Source: an uncultured Methanoregulaceae archaeon (GTDB taxonomy: Archaea; Halobacteriota; Methanomicrobia; Methanomicrobiales; Methanospirillaceae). From it: 64,000 nucleotides of DNA. Each line of letters opens with the position of its first letter. The stretch's first letter is position 1. This document shows, piece after piece, positions 1 to 10,748 of this stretch. The notes beneath the pieces are model-generated. The model did not search any database, was not told the DNA's origin, and saw only the letters and a list, made by a program, of their open reading frames with translations. Made by a program: the position numbers and the translations under genes. Location: positions 800,001 through 864,000 of the forward strand of contig CAWJAX010000003.1 of the NCBI GenBank assembly GCA_963841015.1, in the 5' to 3' direction.

Positions 1-187
1 AGAAATGGAGGATCTCTTTACATTTGCTGGTTTTTCAGATATTGTGGTCACATGGTGTTCTTTTGCCCATATTGACATGATCGATCCACTCTTCATGGTT
101 GCCCGGAAGATTGAACCATTTGTTGAGAAGCGCGTTCCCCAGCTTGCCTATAACATCTGTGTAAGCGGGAAAAAACCTCGAATTTAA
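1..187 (+). CDS. C-terminal fragment of a probable class I SAM-dependent methyltransferase (runs in from the window edge)
   Basis: Open frame from the edge ending ..LFTFAGFSDIVVTW..YNICVSGKKP, resembling methyltransferase C-termini; partial. Confidence 0.4.
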   Translation, partial: EMEDLFTFAGFSDIVVTWCSFAHIDMIDPLFMVARKIEPFVEKRVPQLAYNICVSGKKPRI

Positions 188-192
188 AAAAG

Positions 193-1527
193 TTACAGGG
201 ATTGTTTCTTCCCGATCAGTTTCTTTAAGACGCGTTGTTTTTTCTGTATAGCAGCTTCCGAAGCACGCAAAACGCCTTTTTTCATATCCTCAAAATCGCG
301 CTTTTGCGTGTCGACTATCTTTTTTACGGGGGTATATGCAGATTCCCGGAACCTGGGTGAAAAATCACATTCCTTCCCGTCAACCATAAGAACCGATTCG
401 GGTTTTCCCTTTTCAACATACCCGATTTCATGCATCATCACACCCGCAGATTTCACTACCCGGCAGATCTCTGCTGATACTTCGGGGGGTGCGACAATGA
501 GGAGGGCATCGAGGGATACCCCCAGATAATCGATCTGTAATGCTTCGAGCATTGCCCGAACATGGCGTTCCACCAGACTCCCTGTCGCATTTTCATCAAT
601 AATGATACGGCATCCGGCAGTCTCTGCCATCTCAAACGCATCGCCCCGCAATCCGCCATTCGTTACATCGGTCATAGCGTGGACCTGCAGGAATACATCA
701 CTCTTCATGAGAGTTTCACAGGCTGCAAGAAAATTTAGATTAATGGTCTGCTCCACAACTTCGGGAAATCCTGAATATATTGCAGCAGTTGCAATAGTCC
801 CTCCGCCAGCACCCTCAGACATCAGCAGGACATCCCCCGGCTTCGTTGATTTCCGGGCAGTGAGGTGTTTTGCGACACCCACTGCCCCCACGCATCCGGT
901 CAGCCTGCTCCCAAGCACCATATCGCCACCGATACGGAGAGTAGAACCAGTGACAAGAGGCACCCCCATCGCTTCACCAACAGTCGTGATACCGGCAGTG
1001 TAATCAAATATCTTGGCCACATCACCATCATCAGCTACATGAATATCTGAAAAGAGCATGATCGGTTTCGCACCCATTACATAGACATCCCGGAGTGTTG
1101 CGCGGGTTACATGGAATCCGGCAAGGAATGGATAATCGGAAAGACGGGAGTGCATTCCGTCAACAGTACAAATGATATAGTTTCCTCCGGCAGATACCGC
1201 ACCGGCGTCATCCATTTCATCTACTCCGACCGATGCCGAGGTTTTACCAATTATGCGGGCTATCTGGCGATGGGCAAAAAAATCCCCCTTTCCCCGGGAT
1301 CCAACACCAAACTCCCCCATGTGTACACCAGCAGGTACAAGTTCAAAAAAATCACCTGTCAGACCACGGGTATTCTTCACTTCCTCAATCACTGCATGGG
1401 CTAAAGCGGATGCATAGGAAGGCTGTACGTTTTTAATTTCAAGGATCTGATCAGCCAGGCTTTTTTGTAAGGCATCTTCATCTGTCCCGACAACGAGTCG
1501 TTTACGAACATATTCCTCAACATCCAT
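193..1527 (-). CDS. AIR synthase-related protein (PurM/HypE/ThiL superfamily)
   Basis: Motifs DDAG, TVDGMHSRL, RDVYVMGAKP, AMTDVTNGGL; likely start MDVEEY at 1527. Confidence 0.8.
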   Translation of the reverse strand: MDVEEYVRKRLVVGTDEDALQKSLADQILEIKNVQPSYASALAHAVIEEVKNTRGLTGDFFELVPAGVHMGEFGVGSRGKGDFFAHRQIARIIGKTSASVGVDEMDDAGAVSAGGNYIICTVDGMHSRLSDYPFLAGFHVTRATLRDVYVMGAKPIMLFSDIHVADDGDVAKIFDYTAGITTVGEAMGVPLVTGSTLRIGGDMVLGSRLTGCVGAVGVAKHLTARKSTKPGDVLLMSEGAGGGTIATAAIYSGFPEVVEQTINLNFLAACETLMKSDVFLQVHAMTDVTNGGLRGDAFEMAETAGCRIIIDENATGSLVERHVRAMLEALQIDYLGVSLDALLIVAPPEVSAEICRVVKSAGVMMHEIGYVEKGKPESVLMVDGKECDFSPRFRESAYTPVKKIVDTQKRDFEDMKKGVLRASEAAIQKKQRVLKKLIGKKQSL

Positions 1528-1594
1528 AGATTTCTTTACGTGCGAGAACCATAAAAAATGCAGGGAAAAATCTGGCAAAAAAATTATCCGGGTT

Positions 1595-2560
1595 TTATCT
1601 TAAAAGAACGCCCATTACATCGGAAAAGCTTCTCAGGGCATCATCAAACTTCCCGGCCTTTAATAACGAGAGAGCCTTTACCATTCCTGTCCGTGCATCC
1701 TTAACATCTATATAATATGCCTGATCAAAAGCCCGTGCAGATTCTTCAAGTCTTCCAAGCATAAAGCAAGAATTGCTCATAACTACCCATGCATCAGCTA
1801 TCGTGGGATTAACTTCCAAAGCACTCTTAAGACAATAAATCGCGTCTTCATGTTTCCCGAGAAGACTAAGTGCGAGTCCTTTGCGATAGAGGGCGTTTGC
1901 GTTCCTGGGTTCTATAAAAAGGGCACGATCGAGAACATCGATCGCTTCCTCATACCTTTTTAAGTTGATCAGGGCTATCCCTTTATTGATAAGCGCAGAA
2001 AGATAAAAAGGATAAATTTTAAGGGCCCGATCATAGCAAATGATCTCTTCCTCGTACCATTTCAACTTACCAAAGGCATATCCCCTGTTGACCCACGCTG
2101 AGAGATAGCGTGGCCTCAGTTCCAGTGCCCGGTCACAACATCGGATCTCCTCCTCGAATCTTCCCAGCATCCCTAAAGCAACACCCTTATTATTCCAGGC
2201 TGTTGCATTCTCAGGGTCGATCTTCAATGCCTGCTCACAGCTTTTTACTTTGTCCTCAAACCTGTCAAGCATCCCGAATGCAAATCCCTTGAAATTCCAT
2301 GCATCAACGCAGTTTGGATCAAGTGAGATTGCTTTTTCACAACACTCGATCTCTTCTTCATAACGGCCTAGTTTCCCGAAGGTAAATCCCTTGCTGACCC
2401 ACGCGAGCACACGATTTGGATCAATTGAAAGTGCTTGAGAAAAAGCTAAAAGCGCATCCTCATGCCTTCCCTCATGGCCAAGAGCGAGACCCTCAAGATA
2501 ATAATCCCTGTTTTTCTCGTGGGACTGCATATTTTCTGAATTTTTTGGTGATTTACTCAT
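1595..2560 (-). CDS. Tetratricopeptide repeat protein
   Basis: About eight 34-aa repeats of the form AWxxKGxxLxxLGRxEExxxCxxxALxxxP. Confidence 0.9.
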   Translation of the reverse strand: MSKSPKNSENMQSHEKNRDYYLEGLALGHEGRHEDALLAFSQALSIDPNRVLAWVSKGFTFGKLGRYEEEIECCEKAISLDPNCVDAWNFKGFAFGMLDRFEDKVKSCEQALKIDPENATAWNNKGVALGMLGRFEEEIRCCDRALELRPRYLSAWVNRGYAFGKLKWYEEEIICYDRALKIYPFYLSALINKGIALINLKRYEEAIDVLDRALFIEPRNANALYRKGLALSLLGKHEDAIYCLKSALEVNPTIADAWVVMSNSCFMLGRLEESARAFDQAYYIDVKDARTGMVKALSLLKAGKFDDALRSFSDVMGVLLR

Positions 2561-2695
2561 GCAAGGAAATCCATGGAATGGAGCGAGGTTTACTCAACAA
2601 ATGCTTAGTGCAGGTGATATTTATGTTAACGGATTAAAAAATCTACGGTAGAAACATTTCCCATTGGAGGGGTCCCGGATAAAAAATCGGGTTTT

Positions 2696-2984
2696 GATTC
2701 CGTAGAAACGCACATTATTCGAAAACTCAAAACATACAGAATGAAAAACAAGTAGTTCTTTTTTCAAGTATTCTCTGGCGGGGAGAGAAGGCTGAAAGGA
2801 ATTTTGGATATTATCCCGATATAGAAACCAGCCAGAACTTCTATCGAAAGCATACATGTGTGAGTGAACGCTGCGCTTAGGGAATAGTGATGTAGTACTT
2901 GTTCGGGGCATATTGAGGGAGCTGAAGCGGGGGGTGTGAAACCCCGTGAACGTTTAGCTTGGTATCGAGCAGTTCTGCAGAGCC
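2696..2984 (-). mobile_element. MITE family copy, long 289-bp variant
   Basis: Ends gattccgtagaaac / gttctgcagagcc; flanks cgggtttt (2688-2695) and cgggtttc (2985-2992); right part matches the family core (gcggggggtgtgaaaccccgtgaacgtttagctt). Confidence 0.7.
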
Positions 2985-3061
2985 CGGGTTTCCCATTTTT
3001 TAAAACAAGGAGAGATTTTTGTTTAAACAAGGCAATTTCGACAGGATTATATTCCATATCA

Positions 3062-3601
3062 ATGCATGTAGCATCATTGTACCGCCAAAACAGGCATGAT
3101 GCTGCATCATCATATCCAATCGGTGTAATCCTGTTAGTGGCAATAACATTCCTTCTCGCTCTCCTTGTTCTCCTTATGCTCCAGTTTCAGCCTTTTGCGT
3201 TGAATATGGAAACAGAGATCCCAAAAATTTTCACGATTACGTCGATTAACAGTGTTGACGAAATAACCGGACACCTGAATTACGACAGCCGTGTGCTTCT
3301 TCTCAACACCGGTAAAGCAGATGTGCAGAACAAAAATATTAAGGCAAGATTCTTAAAAAACGGACAGCCGGTAACCTGCACAGTCGCAACCATGAATGGG
3401 CATGATTTCATAAGTACGTCTCACATTGGTGTCCAGTGGATGGGAGGTTCAGGGTGTTCCGGGGCAACATGGAGCCCCGGAGAGCAAATCTGCATTGATT
3501 TCTCTGATGGAACCTATCATCCGGGTGACAGTATACAAATGGATATTATTGACAAAACTACAAATGTAACCATCTCACGGCATGTATACAGATACGAATG
3601 A
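3062..3601 (+). CDS. Archaeal type IV pilin-like protein (class III signal peptide, DUF1628-like)
   Basis: Basic leader followed by AASSYPIGVILLVAITFLLALLVLLML; C-terminal WSPGE..IIDKTTNVTISRH. The upstream extension in the ORF track is MITE sequence. Confidence 0.75.
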   Translation: MHVASLYRQNRHDAASSYPIGVILLVAITFLLALLVLLMLQFQPFALNMETEIPKIFTITSINSVDEITGHLNYDSRVLLLNTGKADVQNKNIKARFLKNGQPVTCTVATMNGHDFISTSHIGVQWMGGSGCSGATWSPGEQICIDFSDGTYHPGDSIQMDIIDKTTNVTISRHVYRYE

Positions 3602-3652
3602 AAAAAAACATTCGGATTTTTGTGATAAAGTAATTATTGTTATAAAAATGTG

Positions 3653-3853
3653 CTATTCATCAGTCGGTTTAAAAACGCCTTTTTTTGCTTTGAGGATTTT
3701 ACATTCAGGGCAGTGCCAGGTGTCAGGAACATCCTGCCATGCTGCTGTACCAGGTTATATACCCTGCTTGGGATCTCCTTTCAGGGGATCATAGATGTAG
3801 TGGCATTCGAGGCATACGCATCGTATCATCTTTTCTGGCTCTTTCATTGTCAT
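3653..3853 (-). pseudogene. Rubredoxin with an in-frame TAA (pseudogene or base-call error)
   Basis: Hand translation MTMKEPEKMIRCVCLECHYIYDPLKGDPKQGI*PGTAAWQDVPDTWHCPECKILKAKKGVFKPTDE; stop at 3755-3757. Confidence 0.8.
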
Positions 3854-3959
3854 TTCAACTCCAAAAAAATTGCATGAAATATTTCCTATTTTTTCCTCTT
3901 GATTTATTTGAATTCTTCCAACAGGCAGCCAATGAGCAGGAGGGAGGGATTATCTCATA

Positions 3960-4523
3960 TTAACAGGACAAAGGAGGGGGTGCATGACGAGCGCAAAGCC
4001 GCGCCACGCGCAGGGGTTCGGGAATTTTCCCTTCAAGGGTAAAATCATTGCAGAGCTTTGCTGCATCCTGGTTATCTATACCCCATGCCCGAAGGAATAG
4101 TACCTGATGCGTGTGGAGCTCGACCGGTATACGTTCTCCAAGGTTCTCATATGCTTCTATTCGTGCAGAATCTTTTGGAAAATGGTATCGGATGTCTGCA
4201 ATAATCCCGTCAGAGTCCTCATACGTAACGCAGATTACCGGGATTCCGGTCTCTTGTGCAATACGAGCAGGATTCACGATATTAAACCAAGCAATTACGC
4301 AACCCGACAGCATAATCACATTAATATCACTGCGTTCAAGCTCATGCACCATGTGCAGAACAGAAGAAGTAGCATCCATACCACCGACAGTTACTGTAGA
4401 AAAAACAAAACCGTCAATGCGAAGGTCTTTTCGCATTACCACTCCTGCAAGTCTGGAAACTGATCTTCCGGAATAGCTTTCTGCAATACCGAGCGCACGA
4501 AGCCCTTTTTTCGGGATGTGCAT
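3960..4523 (-). CDS. DUF99 family (endonuclease V-like / endonuclease dU) protein
   Basis: Motifs RALGIAES, TVGGMDAT, GCVIAWFNIV, GKIPEPLRVARL. Confidence 0.8.
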   Translation of the reverse strand: MHIPKKGLRALGIAESYSGRSVSRLAGVVMRKDLRIDGFVFSTVTVGGMDATSSVLHMVHELERSDINVIMLSGCVIAWFNIVNPARIAQETGIPVICVTYEDSDGIIADIRYHFPKDSARIEAYENLGERIPVELHTHQVLFLRAWGIDNQDAAKLCNDFTLEGKIPEPLRVARLCARHAPPPLSC

Positions 4524-4561
4524 AGAAGCACTTATGTCGCCCGATTAAAAATACTATATCA

Positions 4562-5486
4562 ATGATATTTAACAAAGATGAGATTTGTATCTTAATCCCA
4601 ACTTTAAATGAAGGCCTGACGATCGGAGAACTAATCCGTGAGTTCAGGGAATTAGGATATAGTCACATTCTTGTTATTGATGGAAATAGTACCTGACAAT
4701 ACGGTTAAAATCTCCCGGGAAAGCGGTGCCATTGTCCATACGCAGTCCGGCAAGGGAAAAGGGAATGCCATAATCGAAGCCTTTGAGATCGTAGAGCAAC
4801 CGTATATTCTCATGCTTGATGGGGATGGCACGTATAGTCCAAAAGATGCAGAAAAAATGCTGACTCCCCTGTTTTCCGGGTTCGATCAGGTAATCGGAGA
4901 CCGCCTCATCAATGCAGAAAAGGGTTCATTCTCGCGCCTCAACCTTTTTGGAAACCATATGGTAAACTATCTTTTCAAGGTCGCCCACAGCCGTGATCTT
5001 CACGATATTCTCTCAGGGTACCGGGCATTTACCCGATCTTCTGTTCATCAGATGAACTTAAAACAGAAAGGATTCGAAATTGAGACCGAGATCTCGGTTG
5101 AATCAGTCCGCAACGGGCAACGCGTTATGGTTGTGCCAGTCACGTACTCCCGCCGCTCCGGGACTGTTACAAAACTTTCACCATTTCATGATGGTATCAA
5201 GATTGTAAGTACCATCTATCGGCTTGCACGGATGAACAATCCTCTCTTCTACTTTGGCATGATCGGGGTCTTCACTTCATTTCTTGGTGTTCTCACCGGA
5301 ATTTATGTTTTGTATGAATGGTTCCAGGGAATTGATCACATTCCCCTGACCATTCTTACCGTGCTTCTTATCGTTGTGGGTATTGAAATTTTCATGTTCG
5401 GAATGATTAGTGATATGCTCTTAGTCTTCCACCGGGAAACCATACGGGAAATCCAGATTCTCCAGGGCCAGAAACCACCTAAATAA
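4562..5486 (+). CDS. aglJ: GT2 glycosyltransferase, AglJ-like (dolichol-phosphate glycosyltransferase); one frameshift near 4692
   Basis: Upstream frame MIFNKDEICILIPTLNE..LVIDGNS joins TDNTV..GKGNA..MLDGDGTY..DILSGYRAF..FEIETE once an extra C is removed; two C-terminal TM helices. Confidence 0.8.
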
Positions 5487-5534
5487 TGCTCGTGGCCCGG
5501 TTTTTAATAAAAAAAAAGGTTGTTCCGAATCCAA

Positions 5535-6086
5535 TTATTCTGTAGTTTGTTGAAATAGACTCCGTTTTAGGATAAGTACCTTGCAGGCGTGTTCAGCCAG
5601 CGAGGTATAAACATATGCTTCATCAAGAGTTTTTCCTGCAGCAAAAGTACCATGTCCCCGAGCAATCACCAGTCTTGAAGACGCAAGAGAGTGGGCAACA
5701 GTATCTGCAATCTCCTGGGAACCAGGTGCACCCCGAACAACAGGAATTTCAGGGCAAAGCATCTCCCCTTCGCTGTCTTCGGGAACAACCACATCCATGA
5801 CGAGTGATGCGGCTACCGCATAGGGAGGATGGGCATGAATAACCGATTCATGCTTTGTCGTTCTGTACACCTCGCGATGCACACGATACTCGCTTGAGGA
5901 TTCAGGGGGCGCATCTCCCTGGAGAGGTACGAATACAAGTTCACCGGCAACATCCAGATATGTTCCGGTTCGTTTGATGAAAAAACCCTCATCGCCTTTC
6001 CTGACACTCATATTCCCAAAATTTCCACCGACAAGGTGCTCGGCAAAAAGTCTCTTTCCTATCCGCTCGAACTCACCAGAATACAT
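5535..6086 (-). CDS. Class II aldolase/adducin family protein (fuculose-1-phosphate aldolase-like)
   Basis: Motifs GNMSVR, SSEYRVH, IHAHPPY, RGHGTFAAG. Confidence 0.85.
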   Translation of the reverse strand: MYSGEFERIGKRLFAEHLVGGNFGNMSVRKGDEGFFIKRTGTYLDVAGELVFVPLQGDAPPESSSEYRVHREVYRTTKHESVIHAHPPYAVAASLVMDVVVPEDSEGEMLCPEIPVVRGAPGSQEIADTVAHSLASSRLVIARGHGTFAAGKTLDEAYVYTSLAEHACKVLILKRSLFQQTTE

Positions 6087-6694
6087 TCAGAACACCTTTT
6101 TTTTCCACAGAATTCTTTTGCATATTCCACGATATGTGCATGCGTCTGTCGATAAACGTAATTATCTTTTGGTAGACATTTTTCAAAAAGACGTTTTAAA
6201 TCCTGCCGTTTTTCCGTAATGCCAATGCACTGTGTCATACGCTCAGTATACGCATCAATCACAAAACTTGTCCGAAACAGGCCGTAACAGAGGATACTAT
6301 CAGCAGTTTCTTCACCAATACCGGATACGTTTAATAACCCTTTCCTGAGGTAAGGGGTTGACGCATCCGCCATTCTCTCAATATCACCATACGTTTCTAC
6401 GACAAATGAGGCAAGTAATTTGAGACGCTTTGCCTTAACCCGGTAGAATCCTGTGCACCGAATCGCATCTTCGATGTCCTCATTATCTGCCACACTGATA
6501 GTGTCGAGAGAGCATAATCCTCTTTTTTTGAGTTCTGTTAGTGCCCGCTCGACATTCTCCCAACGCGTCTGCTGGGTGAGAATTGCGCCAATCATTACTT
6601 CATCAGGATAGCCCGGCCACCACTCTATCTCTCCAAAGTAACCGGCAAGGGACCTGACAAGGTGTTTGATCTTAACGGAACTGGATCCCGACAT
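6059..6694 (-). CDS. HhH-GPD endonuclease III-related DNA glycosylase
   Basis: Motifs GAILTQQTRWENV, GFYRVKAKRL, VSGIGEETADSIL, FVIDAYT; C-terminal Cys cluster. Confidence 0.85.
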   Translation of the reverse strand: MSGSSSVKIKHLVRSLAGYFGEIEWWPGYPDEVMIGAILTQQTRWENVERALTELKKRGLCSLDTISVADNEDIEDAIRCTGFYRVKAKRLKLLASFVVETYGDIERMADASTPYLRKGLLNVSGIGEETADSILCYGLFRTSFVIDAYTERMTQCIGITEKRQDLKRLFEKCLPKDNYVYRQTHAHIVEYAKEFCGKKRCSECILVSSSG

Positions 6695-7322
6695 CCTTCA
6701 TCTTGTTGTACCGCGCAATATTGAGGAGGAGAGGCGTTAAACACTCGACCAGATGAGAAGCCGCAAGAGGGCCTGCGTCAAAAGCCTGAAGTTTTGAAAT
6801 GCGGTTTACCATTCCCATAACCTGTTGTTTTGCAGCATCATCATCCCCACAAACCGGCACAGAGTAGCTAAGTTCTTCATCGAGCAATTTCCAGCGGTTT
6901 GCCGCAATGGTATTGAATGCTGTGCAGATCCTGGCAGTTGGTGGAAGAAGCTTTTTTATCAGAAGGGCAGCAGAACCTTCCGGAGGAGGAATACAGGTAA
7001 AAAAATCCCGTTTTTCCATAGGATTGATGGGGCTGATGACAATCTTCCCTTCAAATCCGTTGAGAGTCTCTAATGTGCCGATGAGGTGTTTGTAAGGGAT
7101 AGCGAGGATAACGATATCTGCATCATCCACTGCGTTTTGGTTGGAAACACCGGTGAGTGAACACTTCAGACCGCGTTTTTTTAATGTTTCAATACCAAAT
7201 TCACAGGTTGCTTCTGCCTTATCTTTCTCCCGCGAACCAACAATTACATCAAACAGGGGGGAAAGGCGCATTGCCATTCCCTCGCCGATATCTCCGGTAC
7301 CCCCTACAATCCCAATCTTCAC
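6672..7322 (-). CDS. npdG: NADPH-dependent F420 reductase (F420H2:NADP+ oxidoreductase)
   Basis: Motifs MKIGIVGGTGDIGEG, GSR, PEGSAA, DAGPL..VECLTPLLLNI. Confidence 0.9.
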   Translation of the reverse strand: MKIGIVGGTGDIGEGMAMRLSPLFDVIVGSREKDKAEATCEFGIETLKKRGLKCSLTGVSNQNAVDDADIVILAIPYKHLIGTLETLNGFEGKIVISPINPMEKRDFFTCIPPPEGSAALLIKKLLPPTARICTAFNTIAANRWKLLDEELSYSVPVCGDDDAAKQQVMGMVNRISKLQAFDAGPLAASHLVECLTPLLLNIARYNKMKDVGIQFR

Positions 7323-7595
7323 TTAATTCACCAGCGGCCTGAGGAGTTTTTCGAGCGTCGCTGCATCAGTAACTCCCTCCAATGACTGTACAATCTTACC
7401 ATCCTTTTCAATAATCAGGGTGGGAACGACACGGATCCCGTATTTTTCAGCGAGATCCATGTGCTGGTCAACATCAACTTTTTTAATCTCTATTGCATCG
7501 CCCATTTTTTTTCCGAGTTCCTCTAAAATTGGCGTCTGCATCCTGCAGGGACCACACCAGGTCGCAAAAAAATCATATAAAACCGGTTTGCTCAT
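7323..7595 (-). CDS. trxA: Thioredoxin
   Basis: DFFATWCGPC active site; start MSKPVL at 7595. Confidence 0.9.
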   Translation of the reverse strand: MSKPVLYDFFATWCGPCRMQTPILEELGKKMGDAIEIKKVDVDQHMDLAEKYGIRVVPTLIIEKDGKIVQSLEGVTDAATLEKLLRPLVN

Positions 7596-7647
7596 TTTTA
7601 CATACCCGGAAGAATAGTCGATTAAAAAAAAGATAAAGGTATGGATT

Positions 7648-9108
7648 TTATTTGGAGAGGACTTGCATAATGATTCTTCCATACGCGGGACGGGTCACCA
7701 GTACACCGACAAGAACACCAAGGATGGTAATCATGGCGAATCCCTTGAGCGTAGACAAGTCCATTAACAAAAGGGGCAGCATCGCGATTACAACGGTTGC
7801 AGCAGCGACAAGAATAATACTCAGAGCCCGCGAAAGCCTTTTCAGATAGAGATTTGGTGAAGGAACCTTGCCTTCGTGCAGTATCTCATCAGTTATCACA
7901 ACCAGTTGATCTATGCCAGTTCCAAGGACGGCAATAAGACCGGCGATTGTAGGCATATCCAGCTGGAAATTGATTAAGGCAATAAAACCCAGCAGGATGA
8001 TAATTTCTGAGGCATTGATCATGACCATCGGGAGCACAATAACAGGTTCGCGGTACCGATAATAAACAACTAAACCTACTGCGATGAGCGCACAAATCCC
8101 GGCAAGGATGGCCGTCATCTTATAACGCTCCCCAAGGGGGGCTGTTACGCCACCGGATCCTGCTATGGTAACATCAACAGGTAATGCGCCTGCCCTGAGA
8201 TGGATTTCAAGATTGGTTGCCTGCTGGGTACCGTACTTTCCGGCTCCTGTTGATGCGAAGAGCTGCCGTATATTCTCACTCTGGAGTTTCCCTGCGAGGT
8301 CTTCTGATAAAGGAGCGGAGTATACGGTCTTATTGTCGAGAAGCATGATAAGGTTGTGATTGGCCGGGTCTGCGGTTGCGCCGTATTTGATCGCAGCAGC
8401 GCGGAATGCAGCAGCACCACCCTCACTTAAGGTAAAACCAACACCCCATTTGTCACTGCCCGGGGGCTCCTGGCTGGGTGTCTGAACGCTGGTGATTGTT
8501 TCACCGGATAGAACATGCTCGGTCTGGTTTCCGGTTGTCTGGACACGGATCTCGAACTTCCCCTGTTTTCCGACGATATCCTGAGCCTGTTTCATGTCCA
8601 CGCCGGCCAGTTCAACGCGGATATACCGTGCTACATTGTTCATCCCGGTGAGGGTATTGACTTTTGCATCCTTTGTGCCAAGTGTATTGATCTTGTTTTC
8701 AAGTATGCGCTTAACGTCCTCAGCAGTTGCCTTTGATACACCAGACTGGTAACTTACAATTTTTCCCCCGGATGCAATAAATATCGGTTCCAGATCTGCC
8801 TGCGAATAGTATTTTCGTATTTCGAGGTGATTGGAATCAACCTGTAATACTTCTGCATCAAGGTTCTTTGTGAGATTCGTGATGAATTCATCCAGCGGAC
8901 TATCGGTAGTGAATCCCACAACTTCTGCCTGGAATTCAAGCTGGAGCCAGGAGCCCTGCTGGAGGTCAAGTCCATACTGGAGATTGGTTGTAAAATTACC
9001 GTCTTCATCAAAATGCGGATTTATGGCAATAACTGAGAGAACAACGAGGATAATGAGTGTCGCAACCCTCCAGTCAGTGAGGAGCGCTATTAATTCTTTT
9101 TTATTCAT
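7648..9108 (-). CDS. secD: Protein translocase subunit SecD (archaeal)
   Basis: Motifs LQYGLDLQQGS, LRAGALPV, GTGIDQLVVITDE; six TM helices; adjacent to secF. Confidence 0.93.
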   Translation of the reverse strand: MNKKELIALLTDWRVATLIILVVLSVIAINPHFDEDGNFTTNLQYGLDLQQGSWLQLEFQAEVVGFTTDSPLDEFITNLTKNLDAEVLQVDSNHLEIRKYYSQADLEPIFIASGGKIVSYQSGVSKATAEDVKRILENKINTLGTKDAKVNTLTGMNNVARYIRVELAGVDMKQAQDIVGKQGKFEIRVQTTGNQTEHVLSGETITSVQTPSQEPPGSDKWGVGFTLSEGGAAAFRAAAIKYGATADPANHNLIMLLDNKTVYSAPLSEDLAGKLQSENIRQLFASTGAGKYGTQQATNLEIHLRAGALPVDVTIAGSGGVTAPLGERYKMTAILAGICALIAVGLVVYYRYREPVIVLPMVMINASEIIILLGFIALINFQLDMPTIAGLIAVLGTGIDQLVVITDEILHEGKVPSPNLYLKRLSRALSIILVAAATVVIAMLPLLLMDLSTLKGFAMITILGVLVGVLVTRPAYGRIIMQVLSK

Positions 9109-9960
9109 TTGCCACCTCCCTTCAGGACATACCATTTGAGTATTCCGACATTTGTCAGCCAGGTATTCATAACATCAAAAACAAGGCCGATAAGGAGTAC
9201 TGCGGATATCTCCATCAGGATCAGGACAGACCCTAACCAGGCGATTACAAACATTGCCAAAGCCGCAGCCAGGGTGGTTGAGGTCATAATGATGCCAGTA
9301 CGGAACGCGCCAGTCAGCTTCTCGTTGAGCTTACCCTGCCGTTTAAGTACCCGGTTTGTGAGCAGGATGTCACTGTCCACAGAGTAACCGATCAACATCA
9401 GGAGCGCGGCGAGTGTGCCAAGCGAGAGAGGAATCCCTACAATATTCATGGCAGACTGCAGTCATGACCATGTCAGCAAATGCCGAAAGGACGACTGCAA
9501 CCGCTGGCACGAATGTACGGAAGGCTAAAAAAATCACAATGGCCATGCCAATGAAGGAAAATACCAGAGCAAGCACAGCCTGTGACTGCAGGGTTTTTCC
9601 GAAGGTTTCTCCGATCTGGTCAACCTTTGCATCGGGGAATTTCTGGTAAATAACCGCTGACAATGATCGGAAGTCTGTATCGTCCATTGCTCCGAATTTT
9701 AAAAAATACCCGTTATTCACCCCTTCACTGATATCAACCAGAGGATAACCGGCAAACGTCGATTGCAGCTGTTCCTTGGTGTCAGTAGTAACAATCGTTA
9801 CTGCTGTCCCGCCGGAGAAATCAATACCCGGGGTTACAGGCATGCCGGTTGAAGCCATGGTTAATGCGAGTAGTACAACCGATATTGCCAGAAGAACGAG
9901 AGGGATTATCACCAGCTGTTTCGGTGAATATTTCTCGATGTTATAGTTGAACAAACCCAT
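9105..9960 (-). CDS. secF: Protein translocase subunit SecF (archaeal); one frameshift near 9455
   Basis: GIDFSGGT in the 5' ORF and IGYSVDSDILL in the 3' ORF; the frames join after removing one base. Confidence 0.9.
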
Positions 9961-10005
9961 GTCATAATAATCTGTTTACGTTTGATTAAATAGTTACCAG
10001 ATACA

Positions 10006-10213
10006 GGCTCTGGAGAAATGCTCAATACAAGCTAAACACTTATGGGGGTATCATCCCTGCTGCTGCAGCCCCCGTCTGTTATAGAACCAACAGCTAAAAC
10101 ATCATCATCACTTCTCCGAGCGCAGGCGCAGTATGAGCAGACAGGCACTATCATCCATCATAGCACTATAATTTTTCTTTCACATATCACAGCAAGAGGA
10201 ATTATTCAGAGCA
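10006..10213 (+). mobile_element. MITE family copy (degenerate, 208 bp)
   Basis: Ends ggctctggagaaat / attattcagagca; flanks cagataca / gggataca; collinear blocks ctcaatacaagctaaac, agcgcagg, gacaggcact. Confidence 0.8.
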
Positions 10214-10381
10214 GGGATACAGTATATTCAAAGAGGAAGGTGTCTATTCCCCCATCTTCAAATAGCTATAAAGTTCGCAGAAAATTCATCTCCCTTCATA
10301 AAGCGGTGAGATCTGCTTTTGGGGATTAAAAATCGCATAAAATGAAAAAATATATATACAGAGACCTTTGACAGTAAATCT

Positions 10382-10693
10382 ATGAGATCTCCTTCAGAGA
10401 TCAAACGAGTCGTTGAGGGACGATTGCGGTCATACCTTTCTCGGGACAGGACCGGAATCCGGCGTGAACTGCTCAGACTTTTTGTTAAAACAAAATCGCT
10501 CACGATTGCAGAACTCGTCGCAGAACTTCAGACTCGGTTTGCAGTTACATTCCATGCCATCGCTTCAATGGTTGGCATCATTGCATCCCGCATCGGGATC
10601 CTCCGCGCAACGCGAAATTCCGACGGTGTAAACAACTACGAACTCAAAGACAAATACTTTGACATCGTGGTCCGGATCGTTGGGGTCAGTTAA
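10382..10693 (+). CDS. DUF2551-like winged-helix protein
   Basis: RLRSYLSRDRTGIRR..IASMVGIIASRIGIL, a conserved methanogen small protein. Confidence 0.7.
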   Translation: MRSPSEIKRVVEGRLRSYLSRDRTGIRRELLRLFVKTKSLTIAELVAELQTRFAVTFHAIASMVGIIASRIGILRATRNSDGVNNYELKDKYFDIVVRIVGVS

Positions 10694-10748
10694 ACCCATT
10701 TACGATCCACAACGGTTTTTACTGCAACGTTCCTAGTATACTAGCATC

